Positions 12,601-26,229 of a DNA stretch of 64,000 nt are shown piece after piece. The notes under the pieces are model-generated. The model saw only the letters and a program-made list of their open reading frames with translations. It was not told the origin of the DNA and did no database searches. Source of the stretch: Auanema rhodensis (taxonomy: Eukaryota > Animalia > Nematoda); the NCBI GenBank assembly GCA_964057225.1, contig OZ059894.1:13702001-13766000 (forward strand), written 5' to 3'. Both the position numbers and the translations under genes were made by a program. How positions within the stretch are numbered: the stretch's first letter is position 1; every line of letters begins with the position of its first letter.

Positions 12601-14544
12601 CTTACGAGTTCAAGTATTTTTTGTTTTGTAGGAACAATCAAAAAAGAACGTTTCCCTGTTACTGTTCTAAATGTGTTCGAGATGAACTATTTTCTATTTT
12701 TTTCTTGTCTGCCAATTATACTTGGTATTCCTTTGATATCTGCTCTCATGAGACTCATCAATTCTTAAATCGGAATTAAGAGACAGACCGAGGGACCTGT
12801 TTATGAACTTAAATTGAATCTTCAAAATCACATATTGTTCTTAGAATTATATCATCTTTCTATAACTATATAACCCAACATTTGAGTGATTTCTGACTTT
12901 ATCTTCAACTGGTTTTCAGAAAATGTTCTTGTCTAAACTACCTTGTCTCACCCAACTAGCTCGTAGCAATCATTCATAGAACAGAGTTTGCCCAGAGTTC
13001 GAAGCACTTAGACTTACCAATTCCAGTTTTTCACAGCCTTTTCTAGTTTCTTTACTCTTGCCTTTTTCTGGTTAAGATATTTTTCGAGAAAGAAAAAAGT
13101 CGTTTTTTCTCTCTCTGAACATGGTTTGGTTTCATCATACAAGCAACTTCATTTCAATACTATATACATTTCCTGAGAGTCAACATACCTAATTCTTCTC
13201 TTTAAAAAAATCACGTCACTGTCCGGTTTACGTGATTTTTTTCATAAAAATTGGGCGGGACATGGAGTTATATATGGTCATTGAAATCAGAAAGGTAGTG
13301 CCACTCCAATTCAGCTTTACATCATGACGTCCTCCATTTACATCATTTGAGTGTTTGTATCTTTTTATCTACATTCGTGTGTAATCGATGTAGAAGTACC
13401 CATTTTCTTCAGGTATTCAAGACGAATTAAATGATTTCGGTTTAAACTATCCCACTATCCAAAATATTTTACAATAATATCTGTTTTAACGTTGTAGATG
13501 GCCTCCACATGAAGTTTGAAATGCTTTATCTTATAAGGTTCAATTAACGAATCAGTTACTTCAGTTTTTTTTTTAATTAATTTGTATTCACATCAAGAAT
13601 TTCAATGGATTATGTGAACGAGGTGCCATGATTATGGGATCTATTACTATCTAAAACGGGTTACACACCCCATCAGATGTCTTCTAGTCTTGTTTGGTGT
13701 AATTGTTGGCATTCAAACATACATATAGACAGACATATGTACATATTCTATCAAACAAAACGGATCCAGTTGATTATTTGTCCTCATTTTGCCAATAAAT
13801 CAGACTAGACCCGGAACGCGTTCATTTTGCCGTTGCAGATTTTTTATTTACGTTAACTGTCCTAACTATACTTTGATTTCTTTTACAACTTAATATCTTA
13901 CTTTATAATTTTAAATTATAATTTATTTTTAAGTAAGGTTAAGTTTTATCCATTTATGATATTGAATCAGTGTACAGTAGTGATTTAAACTTTGCTGACT
14001 CAGATATCAGTGTTTTTTCATAAACTTCAAAAGAAAACAGTTTAAAATGAGATTACAACAACTTCACGTAATTTTCACGTGAGTACATATCATGTAGGAC
14101 GGAAATTAATTTGTCATTTAATGTAAAATAACCGGAGAGAACGGTTGTCATTCATATTTATTTCATTCCATAAATTTTTTTCATATAACTCATTCATTCA
14201 TCTATCTACAAAGTATTTCAATATTATAAATTTTAAACAATGAATCGATAAATCAATATTATTTATGTATATGTTTATTTGTTTAAAATCTTTTCATACA
14301 TTTTTTATGGTGATTATATATAAGAAATGTTTAATATAAGTAACAAATACTATGTATTATATAAATTTGTTACTATATGTTAAAACATTTATATTATTAT
14401 TATTTTCTTTGTTTTAATTTTGATCTTATCAAATAAGCATTATATATACATACATGCATACTCTCAACATGCTATCTATTATTTTAAATGTTCTGTTTCT
14501 GAGAAACAATGACTGAAGATTTCAAAGAACCTAGCAGATGGAAT

Positions 14545-14616
<72 letters not shown>

Positions 14617-15233
14617 CACAAAACACATGAAAACGTTTCATAGATAATAGTGAAGTTAAGAAAAACGTAAAGAAAGCAATTCGGTCACGGTTGAAAAAAA
14701 CGGAAAACACACTGTACTTAATGATCCTTTCTCCTTTTTGGCTTCATCGTACATCTCTACTATTTCATCATACTTCTTATATGTCTGTTCCATTTACTCT
14801 TTTCATACACTATTTATTTTCAAGCTTTATGTACTTTAACTTAACCATATGGTATATTCTAACTGTCAGTCTACACTATCTAAACTTCAAATCGCTTCTT
14901 TCTTTCTTGTACTTTACTTACTTTAAAAGTATTTAAATCAACCAATGAAACGTTGGTGTTGTTACTTTAACCAGTAATTCCTTTTAAATACTTATGTCTC
15001 GAACCCTTTGACATATTATCATGTATACAAGCTCTAGTTGACGTACTTTCTATTTTCGGTTGTCGTTTTACCTCATTCATAAACATTTTTTTCAGGTAAA
15101 TGAACCCTTTTCTTCAATTCAATGTGAACTTACGCAGCTAATGCAATGCACCACGGACCACAACAGTTCTTACTCAGTTTATGACGTCATTTAGGTTAAG
15201 TGAAATACACAAATACATTTGTATATCACGTGA
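9641..15233. promoter_or_regulatory. Cluster of palindromic E-boxes (TCACGTGA) plus a CRE; probable enhancer field
   Basis: TCACGTGA at 9641, 11766, 12251 (inside the 16-bp palindrome ATATTCACGTGAATAT, 12247-12262), 14075 and 15226; ATGACGTCAT at 15181-15190. Confidence 0.5.
14549..14613. repeat. (AG)n microsatellite
   Basis: About 32 perfect AG units. Confidence 0.97.
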
Positions 15234-17581
15234 GTTTTGACTTAAAGTTGTAAATTGGTAACTACTTTTTACTTTGGAGTTGTTTCTTATCTTTTCTTTT
15301 GAATGTAATCTAACATGTAGTTTTCTTCGTACTTTCCTCGATTGAATAGTACTTGTGTGCTTATCAGATGATATCTATCTGTAATTCTGAGAGAAAGAGA
15401 GAAAACGACACAATCATAATTATGAAAACCTTTATATATAATTGATACTCAGTATTCTGAATACTTAAAATAAACTTTATATTCAATGTTCCTAGCGGTT
15501 CACTACGATCTTCGTGTTTTATCTAGTACATATCAAAGAGTCAACACTCATTTCTACTCATTTTCTTCATTATTGAGCTTAAAGTCCTTACCTCTTATCC
15601 GTTGATGTCTCCATTCTGTCGTTGCTTTGATTTCATTACCACGTTGAACCTTATTAACCGTTTTGCTTATTCAAGATAATATTGTAGATGGTTGTATGGA
15701 TAAAGTCTTAGTGTTCTTCAATTTCCTTTTACACTTCAGTTAGCATCTCTCTCTCTATGTATATGCACTCGCCTGAATCTAATTCTCCAAATCTTATATT
15801 TAGCTTAATTTCCCGTTTTACCTCAGCCACTGACACTACATTTGGCTTTATTCCTCGCTCACTCTGACATTTCCTTTACACATTTCAAGAATTGCTGTCA
15901 TTTTGTTGCATTTTTAACAAGCATCAAGCATCTAATTATGTTTCAAACAGCAAATACTGAATATAACCTTCCTGATATGATTATGACATCATTTGAACTA
16001 GGCAAGTTACAAGAAATCAAAAAACGAAAGATAAAAGAAAGAAATACTTCAAATATCAGCTGATTTGATCCACATAAATGAACATACATCAGTTGAAATG
16101 TGATTCTGTTCGATCACTGAAATCAACACAGCATTTGAAATCTAATTCAATATTTACATTTGTGATACTCGGATTTAGCACGCATCTTTTTCATATTCCT
16201 TTTACTCACTTATTCATTCCCTCTTTCCCTCGTCAACATATCTTTAGTATAAAACATAATTTCATTTCTTTCACTCTTTCAGTCCAAAAAGGTCATTTAA
16301 GAATGACTTTCATATATATTTTAATGAATTTCAAACATATCAGATTTATAGTTCAGCTTAATGTGTCCTCAATATATCCTTATATCCTGCATATCACTTT
16401 CACTTAAAGTGCATCCCCTTATTAGGCATGTAGAAACCATCGTAGTGGCTGATGTTCTCGACTTGTAGTCTAGCTTGAAGCCTTGTAGTCGAATCAACTT
16501 CACGCGCCTATTCCACTAATAAGGACGACACTGCTACAGCGATTGTGGCCTCCAATACATACACACATGCACACAAAGTCTGTTTTTCATTTTTGACTTG
16601 AATGGACTTTTGCGCCTGATTGCAAAAGCAGCCATGAGCAACAACATCTTGTTGTCTCCTAACCCCCGAGGTCCCGTAAATAACTGCAACAGCCTGCTTT
16701 CTTTTTTCCTTTAATTTTCTGTTTCAATACCAATGAATGAAGAAACTGTCTACAAACTGCATTTCCACTTTAATATTCTATATTATTTATCTTTTACAAC
16801 CAGCTTTTTCCTCTTTTCATCTCTCTTCTCTCTTGTTTTCTTATAAGTTTCTTTCTTTGTTCTACGTCGTAACTGCTCTCTCATGCCTCTTCATTCGTTT
16901 TCCATTGGATTATCATTGACGGCATCTGATGTTCTCAGTTTGCTCAATTTTTTGAACTTTGTCCTATTGAAAAAAAAGTTTAAAAAGGTGAATCGTAATT
17001 ATTCTTCAATCAAGAAACCGGAAATATAATTCATCTCATTGCAACAGTTATTTTACGAGAAATCGCTATTCACACAACTTGCTGTTGCTTTGTCTCACAT
17101 GTTGCTGCTTAATACAGCATGCATATATGGATATCTATCCCTGTTTTTTGATATCTTTATATTTCTATTATCATGGGAAAAATATTCATTTTCACCGTAT
17201 GTTTTCGTTTTTCAAATATAACTATTGTAATTACTTCATTTCTTGCTCGTTTTTTAGTTTCAGTAAGCATGCACTAGTCTGCCCGATCTGTGCTCCACTA
17301 TATCCGGCTGGAGCCTTTTTTTGAATTTGACGGGTGTTCACTGAACTTGTCTCTCAATTTTGTAGTACTAACATTTTCTTCTTTTCGTCAAAATCTTTTT
17401 CATCAAGTGCAACAATAACATACGAAATCAACATTCTTTTTCAAAATTTGAATGTAATCCTTTTAATTTTTACTTTAAGTTCAATAATAAATTACTATAG
17501 TATATCCTTTTGTTCATAAAAGAAAGAAAAAGAAGAAGAAGAAGAATGTAAGAAGAGTTTTTAATAAAAGAAATACGTTAT

Positions 17582-17619
17582 ATACATACATACATCTATA
17601 CATACATACATACATACAT
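17582..17619. repeat. (TACA)n microsatellite, imperfect
   Basis: atacatacatacatctatacatacatacatacatacat. Confidence 0.8.
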
Positions 17620-20600
17620 GTATGGATGTAATTGTAATAGAATTGTATGTACTTCGATTCGCCTAACAACCGATCTCTGCTTTAAAACTTAAGAAGATAG
17701 AAACTTTGAGCTATTTTACGTTTTTTTTTTCTCTTAAGTCATGTGTAACATAAAACATGTGAGTGATATCATATCTTTAAAATAGATCTATGCATATCAC
17801 GGTAATGAATAAAATTTAAAAAGTTTCTATTTTATAGTTTTCCTGATCAGTTTACGATCAAACACAAATATATATATGCATATATACATCAATGTATCAA
17901 TGCACACATCTTATCATTTTTTCGGATATTTTTTTTTCGCAAAAAGACAGCCAAATGAAGTCTTAAACGAAATATTCAAATATTTATTTTTGTAATCATC
18001 TATTTCAAAAGAATATCTGAAAAAAAAATGAGGAAAGAGTTTCTAAAGTTGAAAATAAATAGTTCGAGCTTGCCAGCAAATCAACGTGAAAGATAACGAG
18101 CTTGAGAAAACTAGGTTGGAAAAAGCATTGCATCACAAATCATGCGGATGTTTGAACATTTCATGTTTCTATCTTGATCTCTACTTGTCTTTGCTTTTAC
18201 CTCTCTACTCTGCACTTTCCGCTATTCGACCTTCCTTCTCTTGTTAGCTTGTTATGTTTTCCCTAATAAGTTTCACTTAGTCAAGTTTTCTAAGGATTAT
18301 TCGTTTGAGTTTGGCTTCTTTCCAGAAAATATGAAGATTCTAATCCGCTTGTCCTCCCACGTAAAAGCTTTGTGATCATCACATCTAGCTTCCATTTCAA
18401 GTTACGGCTCTCTTTTTTTTGCAAATAAAATTTTCCCAAAAAATATGTACATAAAGAGAGAGAAATACGAAAGGAATTATATAATTTAACTGAAAATACT
18501 GCTAGTTAAACAATCTTAAAATGATTTCGTTTGATTTATGTATTCAAGAGATCAATTAATCGAGCTCAAAGAAATAACTATCACAAATGGTTGTGATTTA
18601 AAGAATTTTTTAATGTCAAATTAGTGGTAATATACTTGAATGCTATAATAAAAATTGTCTTTATAACTCAAAATAGACATGATCTATAGCATCCTCACGG
18701 AATTTCTAGAATTTTATCTTATCGCTACATTAAAAGTTCGATTTACTGATTATAGCAAATCATCTGGTCTATATTTGGAAGTCATTACTTTTTTTTTATC
18801 AAATTTTATTTGAAATATACCGACAGACTCCATTAATTACTGCTGTATGTAAGCGACCTGCAATCTGCATTCACATCTTTTGACCAAAAAGATTTGATGA
18901 GCATGCCAACTTCTTACATTCATCAACACTCGCCATCGACATCAATGTCACCTTCTACTTCAACTTATGTTTTGAACATATCCTCTTTCGCTACTTCCAT
19001 ATTGTCAAATGTTCGTTCATCTTCTCTTTACTCCCATTTTACTGAATGCAACAACACTACACCACATCCGTTCATTTTCTTTTTTTTTGCATCTGCATTT
19101 GCAGTCAATGATTCCATTTGTTTTAATTCAGAACGAGAGTGCTCTGTCTCATAGTATTCGGGGTTTCGTCGTAGTCGTCATCAACAATGATAGTTCTGAT
19201 GTCTTTTTGTTTCTGGTCATTAGTTAATGTTGCGTTTTCGTTCATTTTCCGGGCAACGAGCTATTTCAGTTGGCTTTTTATTCCTTCTTCTTTCTTTTTT
19301 TGTTCTTTCTGTTTGTCTGAAGTTGAAGAGTGAAGCTATTTCTAATTTTCAATTCTCAGTTCGAAAAGGGGAAAAACGAGGAAATGACGACAAAGATGAC
19401 GACATTTTTGATATGGGATCTGTTTATTTCTTTTTCGGCTAAACCAACTTTTTTCCCCAAATGAGTATACATATATTTTGTTTTTATTTCTTTTAATTGA
19501 TGTTGGTATTTAGCATGATTGGATATGGGTATTCTACTTGTTTTTTTTTGTTTTTCTCCTCAAAAAAATAAAAAGAAAAACGAACAACGAACAACATAAT
19601 ATAATAGTTTGTCGCTAAAAATGCTCCCTGTATACACACAAATATACTGCTAGACGACAACGGCATATGTGAGTAAACAACAATGATTTTATTTGGAAAA
19701 TATCAAAGTTCTTCGTTCAGTTGGGTTTCTGGTCGCTGAATGTTTCACTTCGTTGTTAGTGATTTCTTCCATTTCCCTGTTTATTTCGGTTTTTTTCAAA
19801 TCATATGCCTTTTATTTTTGTATTCTGAGGCTTCAAAGCTCTTTTTGTCTTTTGTGATGTTCTTCAAAATTTTTAATATATCAAAGTTCTCACGATAAAC
19901 CTTAAGTTTTGTATTTTTTGTTCTCAGTCTCTCTTGTACATATTATCTCTCGAACTGTTTCTCCATTGCTTCATCCTTGTTTCTCCCACTTTATTCACTC
20001 AAAAAAGATGTCATCAACCCACTAGTCATGTCTCATGGCTATCTAGAGCACCTGACTGACCGACTGAGCCGTTGATTTGTACTTATGATAGTGACCTTCT
20101 GACTTCTGATTCTATATATAAATATATGAAAATATATTTAGAATCATTTGCTCAATTTTGTTCCCAAATTTTGTAAAACCTGATTTCTATATAACTATAT
20201 GAAACATTTGGATTCGATAATATTTCTATAGGACATTTTGATATAATAAACTGATGTGATGAAGTTCATAGAATATCAAGTCAGTTGTCTACGAATATTC
20301 ATGCCTATATATATTCCTATTTCTTCAAGGTATTCTTGAATATTTTACTTCTTTCAGCTCAAATATATCATTAGACTAACATCATATTATGTTTTCTCAT
20401 TATCTTTAAAGCACGCATATTCAGCTCTAACACATTTAATGTTATGCATTCTTAGAAAGACTTGACCAAAAACTACGCGAAACTTCCTCATTTTCATCTT
20501 CTCTTGCTGCTTTGTGCTTCTGAACTTCGTTCTTTGATGCAAACTATTTGAGGACAATCATCAATAGAATATCGTTTCAGTTTGTGCATATTCGTTTCTA

Positions 20601-21394
20601 TTCCCTCAAGCTATTTACGCCTCTATTTCTCTCACTGTTTCTTGTTTGTTTCTTTTTCTGGCTTTCATTCTTGTTGCTGTTCCTTAAAAACACTTAATGT
20701 TTTTCCTTATACTCTCTCTCTTTCCCTCTCTTTCTCTTACCTCACGTTCATTCCGTCTATTCTTTTGCCGTTCTCTGTATTTCGTTGTCAGTTCCCACCC
20801 ACCCCAGTTTGCCTCTTTCTCCTCCCTTTCAGTCCCGCCTCCCGTCTAGCTCAGTGCTTGTTCTAACCAAGCACCGAATCGACTTCCCTTGTACCCATAG
20901 GCTGGGCGCAAGTTCTGGTGGACTTTCTATTCATAAATAGGAATATATGCATATACTCTACCAAGCTATAACACAAGATATGGTTCAATGTTTTATTCTC
21001 ACTCTAACTATGATTATTCCACACTAGTTCCATATTGGAAGTCTTTTCATTTTTTGCTTAATCGCTTTTTTTCCGAAATTTAAAAATCACAAGATTGCTT
21101 AATCAAGCGATTAACACGTGGCCACTAAAATCTACACTGAAATCAGATTTGGACTCTTAGATGGACGTCGATCTTTTTTGATTTCTTGTTCACTTTTCAC
21201 GTCACAGACTGATAGCCTTACATGGCTCCGGCATTTTAGCATCTTATCGTCTAGGCCCGCCTTCTTATTCTCACTCATATCTACTTTTGCAAACGTTATT
21301 CCGTATTTTTCGTGATAATGTCGTGTTCTTCGCTATTTTATCTTTTTTTTATTTGTTTGGAAACTTTTTTTCCTAAAGTCTGCTGTTTTTTCAG

Positions 21395-24300
21395 ATGTTC
21401 ATTTTACAATCTTCCAAGCCAAGCTATTGCTCGGATACCTTTGCTTCCAGCTCATGCCACACTGAATTCAATGGAAAGGTACCAATTTATCTGAACTTTT
21501 TGCTTTCTTAACAGTTCTTTCTCGTATTACTTCACCTATTTTTTTAAGCTTTTCCAGGGGTTGAATAGACAGCCATCCCTTGGCGGCCTTCCTACTGGTT
21601 TACGCCGCAACTCATCCAATCTTTCCCAGCTTTCAAATCAAGATTTGTGCTCAGCTGATGCCACTCAGGTGTGCTTTTTTTCTGAGTATTTTTCTTGTTG
21701 GACTCTAATCCATAATGTAGTCTATTAGTCCTTCCTTTTTAATATTAATGGTTTTTTTTAGTAGTAAACTAATATAAACTTAAATCATTCAGTTAAAATA
21801 ATATTAGAACTACTTAAAATCATTAATAATTTAACTATTATGGACTTTATCCAAAGTTTCTTTTCAATATAATTCATCAAAATGAAAAAGAAACTACTAC
21901 AAATTCTCGTAAGTGACGAGTATTATATGCTATATGTGTGTAGTAGTGTGCGAGAATGACGTAATGAAAACAATTTTTTTTCAATTCTTACTCAACCATT
22001 TTTGAGGTAACATTATCAGAATTTCATCAATTTTTTATATTTCCATATACTTATAGTTTTTATATACGCATATTCTATAATATATGTATATAAATAGTTG
22101 ATGAGATTTCTTAAATACTATATCATCACTAATAACTAACTATGCTTATTAGTTAATCCAAACTTTTGTGATTTAAATCGTCTGTTCATCTGTCATCTAG
22201 TATCTACAAGCTATTTGATTGAGTCATTCTTCTGATTCTGAGTCATCTAATACACCAACGTTCATGACGTAAACCATTTTTGACTCAATCTAGAAACAAG
22301 AAATAGATTCGATGACTAGGTAAATTGACGTTTGAACGATGAAGAGTGTAGAAAGATTGTAGAAATGGAGAGACTGTGAAGATGATTCAAAAATTTCATT
22401 CGATTCGTGCTAACACCTGACATTGCATTCCACCGTGTACTTTCACCCGAAAATTTTTCTATTTTTGCATTCAACGATTTAAAAATCTTCACATTTTTCT
22501 TTCCAACTTAGTTAACCTCACTAAATCAACATATCTTCTCTAATTCGTTCGCTAGTATTTACAACGAGATCAAACTCACGTCACTCTGATCACATCTTAC
22601 GAGTTTGTTGAGCATTAATAAAGTGGAAAGCTCATTCTGGAACCTGTTTCACAATTATTGTCATATCTACTGTTCTTCTTCCGTAATTCTGTTTTCATAT
22701 CAATCACATGCTAGATCTGTGAACCTCATTGATCAAATCTTAATTGACAACATTAAAGATTAAATACTGATCATGTTGCTACAGCTTAGCCTTTTGAAGA
22801 TTATTATCTCCTTTTTTAATCTTTTGCTCTCAATCTTTTTTTTTACTCAATTTTCTCAATATCATGCTTTTTGTTTATTTTCGGTTGGTTGATGGGCAAT
22901 TTCCATCCAAGGGATCTAGTTTCTATTATATTTACGACGTCATCAGCCACAACTCAAAAAGAATAATGTCAGTCTGGTCAATAAAGGAACATCTGAACAT
23001 TTTTTCTTTTTTTCTCAGCTTTTTCTCAAGCATTCGAAAGCAAAAAAAGAAATGATTTCACATGAAATTACGAATACTTGAACTCACGTAATATTCGTGG
23101 CAAAGTGTGGGAAGGAAAATACCTAACTTTACGAAAAAATGTTGGACAGAGAGATCGGAAGAGCTTGATAAACAACCCATATGAGAATTTTGATGAAATC
23201 ATATATATGTATATAAGGTAAAAATTGAAAAATATTAAGCATTTGTAATTGTTTTTTCATTTGGAATCAGGTCAAGTTTCGGCTTTTCCTAAATGACATC
23301 ACATATAGTAAACCAAATGAATACAGATGGACATGAAATTAGTTGTTTCCTCATCATAATATGTGTATTATATCACATTTCTCTCAATATTTCCATTATT
23401 TTATATATAAACGTGCATGTATATGTATATACATGTATATGGTTCTATTGAAACATCATATATTGAATTGATAATATAGAGATATAAATGGTATTATATA
23501 GGTTTGCAATTTATAATGCTTTTTGTATATGTTTGAAAACAAAAAAAAACTTCCTCTTCTGCTAACACGCTCTATTGTAATAGCTGAGATAAAGCTATAT
23601 ATGAAGTGCTATAAACAAAACGCATGGTTTCGTCCAATTTGATCAAAAAACATTAACTATAATATATCTTCAAAACATGATAGATAACTTGGGATTATTT
23701 GATGCTTTATTAAACTTTACTACCAAATTTTCATTGTTTGTTGTTGGTGGAAAAATAAAACCTAACATACTTAGCTTTTATGTTTCATTTTATTTTTTAT
23801 TGAAAACATGAATATCAGCTTCTATTAAACTCACATTTTTTATATTCAATTGCCAACACTGTATTTCATTTTGTTGTAAAAAAAATATGACGAAAAATGA
23901 AAAATGTTGAAGAATTCATCTTCATTCTCTTATGTTTTCTAAAAAAATTTTCTTTTATAATCTTCTGTAATATTCATATTATAACAACAATTTGTATTCT
24001 GTTGTCATGAGTATGAAAGAAGAAGCTCATTAACCCAATAAAGAAACATTCTCCTATGACGTTTCTCTGTTTTTCAATTTCAAATGTTTTTTTCTTTTGT
24101 TATAACCAAACACATATACGCACACACATACAAGACACATATACATATACTTTTCTATTTTGACGTCACTTTCAATCATCATTTCAGTATTTGAGAGGTA
24201 CCAGATGATTAAATTGACGTCATGTATCCTTTTTTCTTGTTTGTTTGTCCAATATATTAACATTACTTCATACTTCCATGAAAGTATATCTGTATGAACT

Positions 24301-25097
24301 GTTCTAACTATTCATGTCAATGTTTCTGACATTTGTTTTTGGAAAATATTTGTTTGAAATATCATTTTTGATCCTTTCCCATCACTAATGAGCATTTGTT
24401 TTAAGCTAAAGAGATTTTTTTGTTTGCATCAAAAATAGCTGAAAACCTATGAAATAGCCAACAAGTCAAAATTATTAAAGTTTCAAAAAACTATTTTCCA
24501 TGTTTCCATAAACAACAATTTATATCATCTTTCCAAAACTTTGTATATACAGCTGCTTTTATTTAACCGGAAATTAATTTATTATACTTTTCAAATCTAA
24601 TTAATTATTTTTTAAATTTTCAGATAGAAATTGACTTTCTGTCCCTGACCTCAACCGCTTTCCATGTACTTGTTCAAACACCAACCGGAGAAGCTGGAGT
24701 ACTTGAATTTACAGAGGTAATAGAATATAAATACAATTTTAAACAAAAAGATTTATAATTCAAATATATTAAATAATACATTAAATTCATTTAACTTATA
24801 ATTCATTTTATAGAACGGATCTTCAAAAGCTTTCCTTCCTTCACAAACAGGATGTGGTCATGGCCTTTGGACTTTCACTGTATACCGCGAACTTAACAAC
24901 AGGTATTATCAATATAACCACATATGTATAATATATTATTTTCTCTTTTTTTCAGTAAAGCTCATCAGAGCACAGAGACAATGCAGCTTGATGGAGTAGG
25001 TTCACTTTTCTTTACTGTAAGTGATGACATGAGACCTCACTTAACTTCACAAGAATTCTTGCATATGTCTGGATTATGTCCTAAACATCGTCATTAA
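21395..25097 (+). CDS. Uncharacterised ~172-aa protein, 5 exons: Ser-rich N-terminus plus a compact beta-rich C-terminal domain
   Basis: Exons 21395-21478, 21558-21668, 24624-24716, 24814-24902, 24956-25097 have canonical sites and matching phases: MFILQSSKPSYCSDTFASSSCHTEFNGK/GLNRQPSLGGLPTGLRRNSSNLSQLSNQDLCSADATQ/IEIDFLSLTSTAFHVLVQTPTGEAGVLEFTE/NGSSKAFLPSQTGCGHGLWTFTVYRELNNS/KAHQSTETMQLDGVGSLFFTVSDDMRPHLTSQEFLHMSGLCPKHRH*. The ATG directly follows TTTTTTCAG. Absent from the ORF track. Confidence 0.8.
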
Positions 25098-26229
25098 CCG
25101 TTTGTATATGTCAGAAATGGATAGTAATTTCTTAGCGTTTTTAAACAGAAATTATCATATCATATCACTGATTCCTTTTTTTCCTTCAAAATCTTTTATA
25201 TATCTAATTCGGAGCAAGAAGAAAAGCTTCGTAACTAGCTCTTGTTTTTCTTCTTGTATAACCTATTAATTTTTCATTTTTTTATATTTTTGTTTACATG
25301 CAAACACGGAAACATTCTCTTTTGTCTTCGAATTCTCCTATATCTTCTCGGGTTTGCTATTTTTAAGGGCCATCCACGTACGGATAGCATATGTGTAAGA
25401 AGTTTTTCTAATTCCCAAGCTGAAATATTGTGAACTTTTCGATTTAATTTCCAAATGTTTAGGAAATTTTAAGTAATGTAAGAATTTTATGATAACTTCA
25501 CAACATTTCATAGTAGATGAGCTTAACGTGGAAAGGAAACGGGTGTACGTGATATAGTGCTAAAGTAGTTCCAATTTTTATAATAATTTCAAAATTAAAT
25601 CCAAAAAATAGAAAATATGAACATTTAATAGTCTTTCTTGATCTCTTATCAAAACAATTTGGGTTTGCACAGTCACGTATATAGTCCGAGCTATAGTTAA
25701 GCCATCTACTTGGCAATTTTAGCAAATTTTGTCAATATTTCTGTATAAAATCTTATTTTTTCCATATTTTACTGCTAATATATGTTTTTTATCTTTCATG
25801 AAGCACTTGCAATAAATGTTTGAAAAAATTAAAATTATTTCTTTTTATATGATATTATTACTAAGAAAAAGGAAATACATACTTATACATAAATGGGAAA
25901 TTTAAGAATGTATGAATAATATTTATTATTAAAGTTTTGAAGTCAAATTCTATATTCAAATTACAAGTCAATAGCCAGTTGTTCTTATTCTATTTTTAAG
26001 AACATTTTAAGATAAATAACTGCATTTATATAATATATACATAGAAATTATGGTGTGAAATGTTTCGAATAACATGTTATACTCGTAATTTTCATGTTTT
26101 TATGCAATTTTATCAGAAAAAAATGTTTTTTTAGATAGGGATGAAACGTTTTGAAAAGAAACTTTTATTTACAAAAATGGCTGTAGATGAGTATCAATTC
26201 AGGAACTATTTCATGGGGCAGAGGGGTCC

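Noticed and set aside
6414-21315. Numerous 60-110 aa Phe/Leu/Ile-rich ORFs in the gene-poor stretch
   Set aside because: Composition mirrors T-rich non-coding DNA, many start at TTG/GTG, and they lack splice context or recognisable domains.
24642-24654. TCCCTGACCTCAA, lin-4-like
   Set aside because: Lies inside a coding exon, lacks the internal GA of lin-4 and forms no hairpin.
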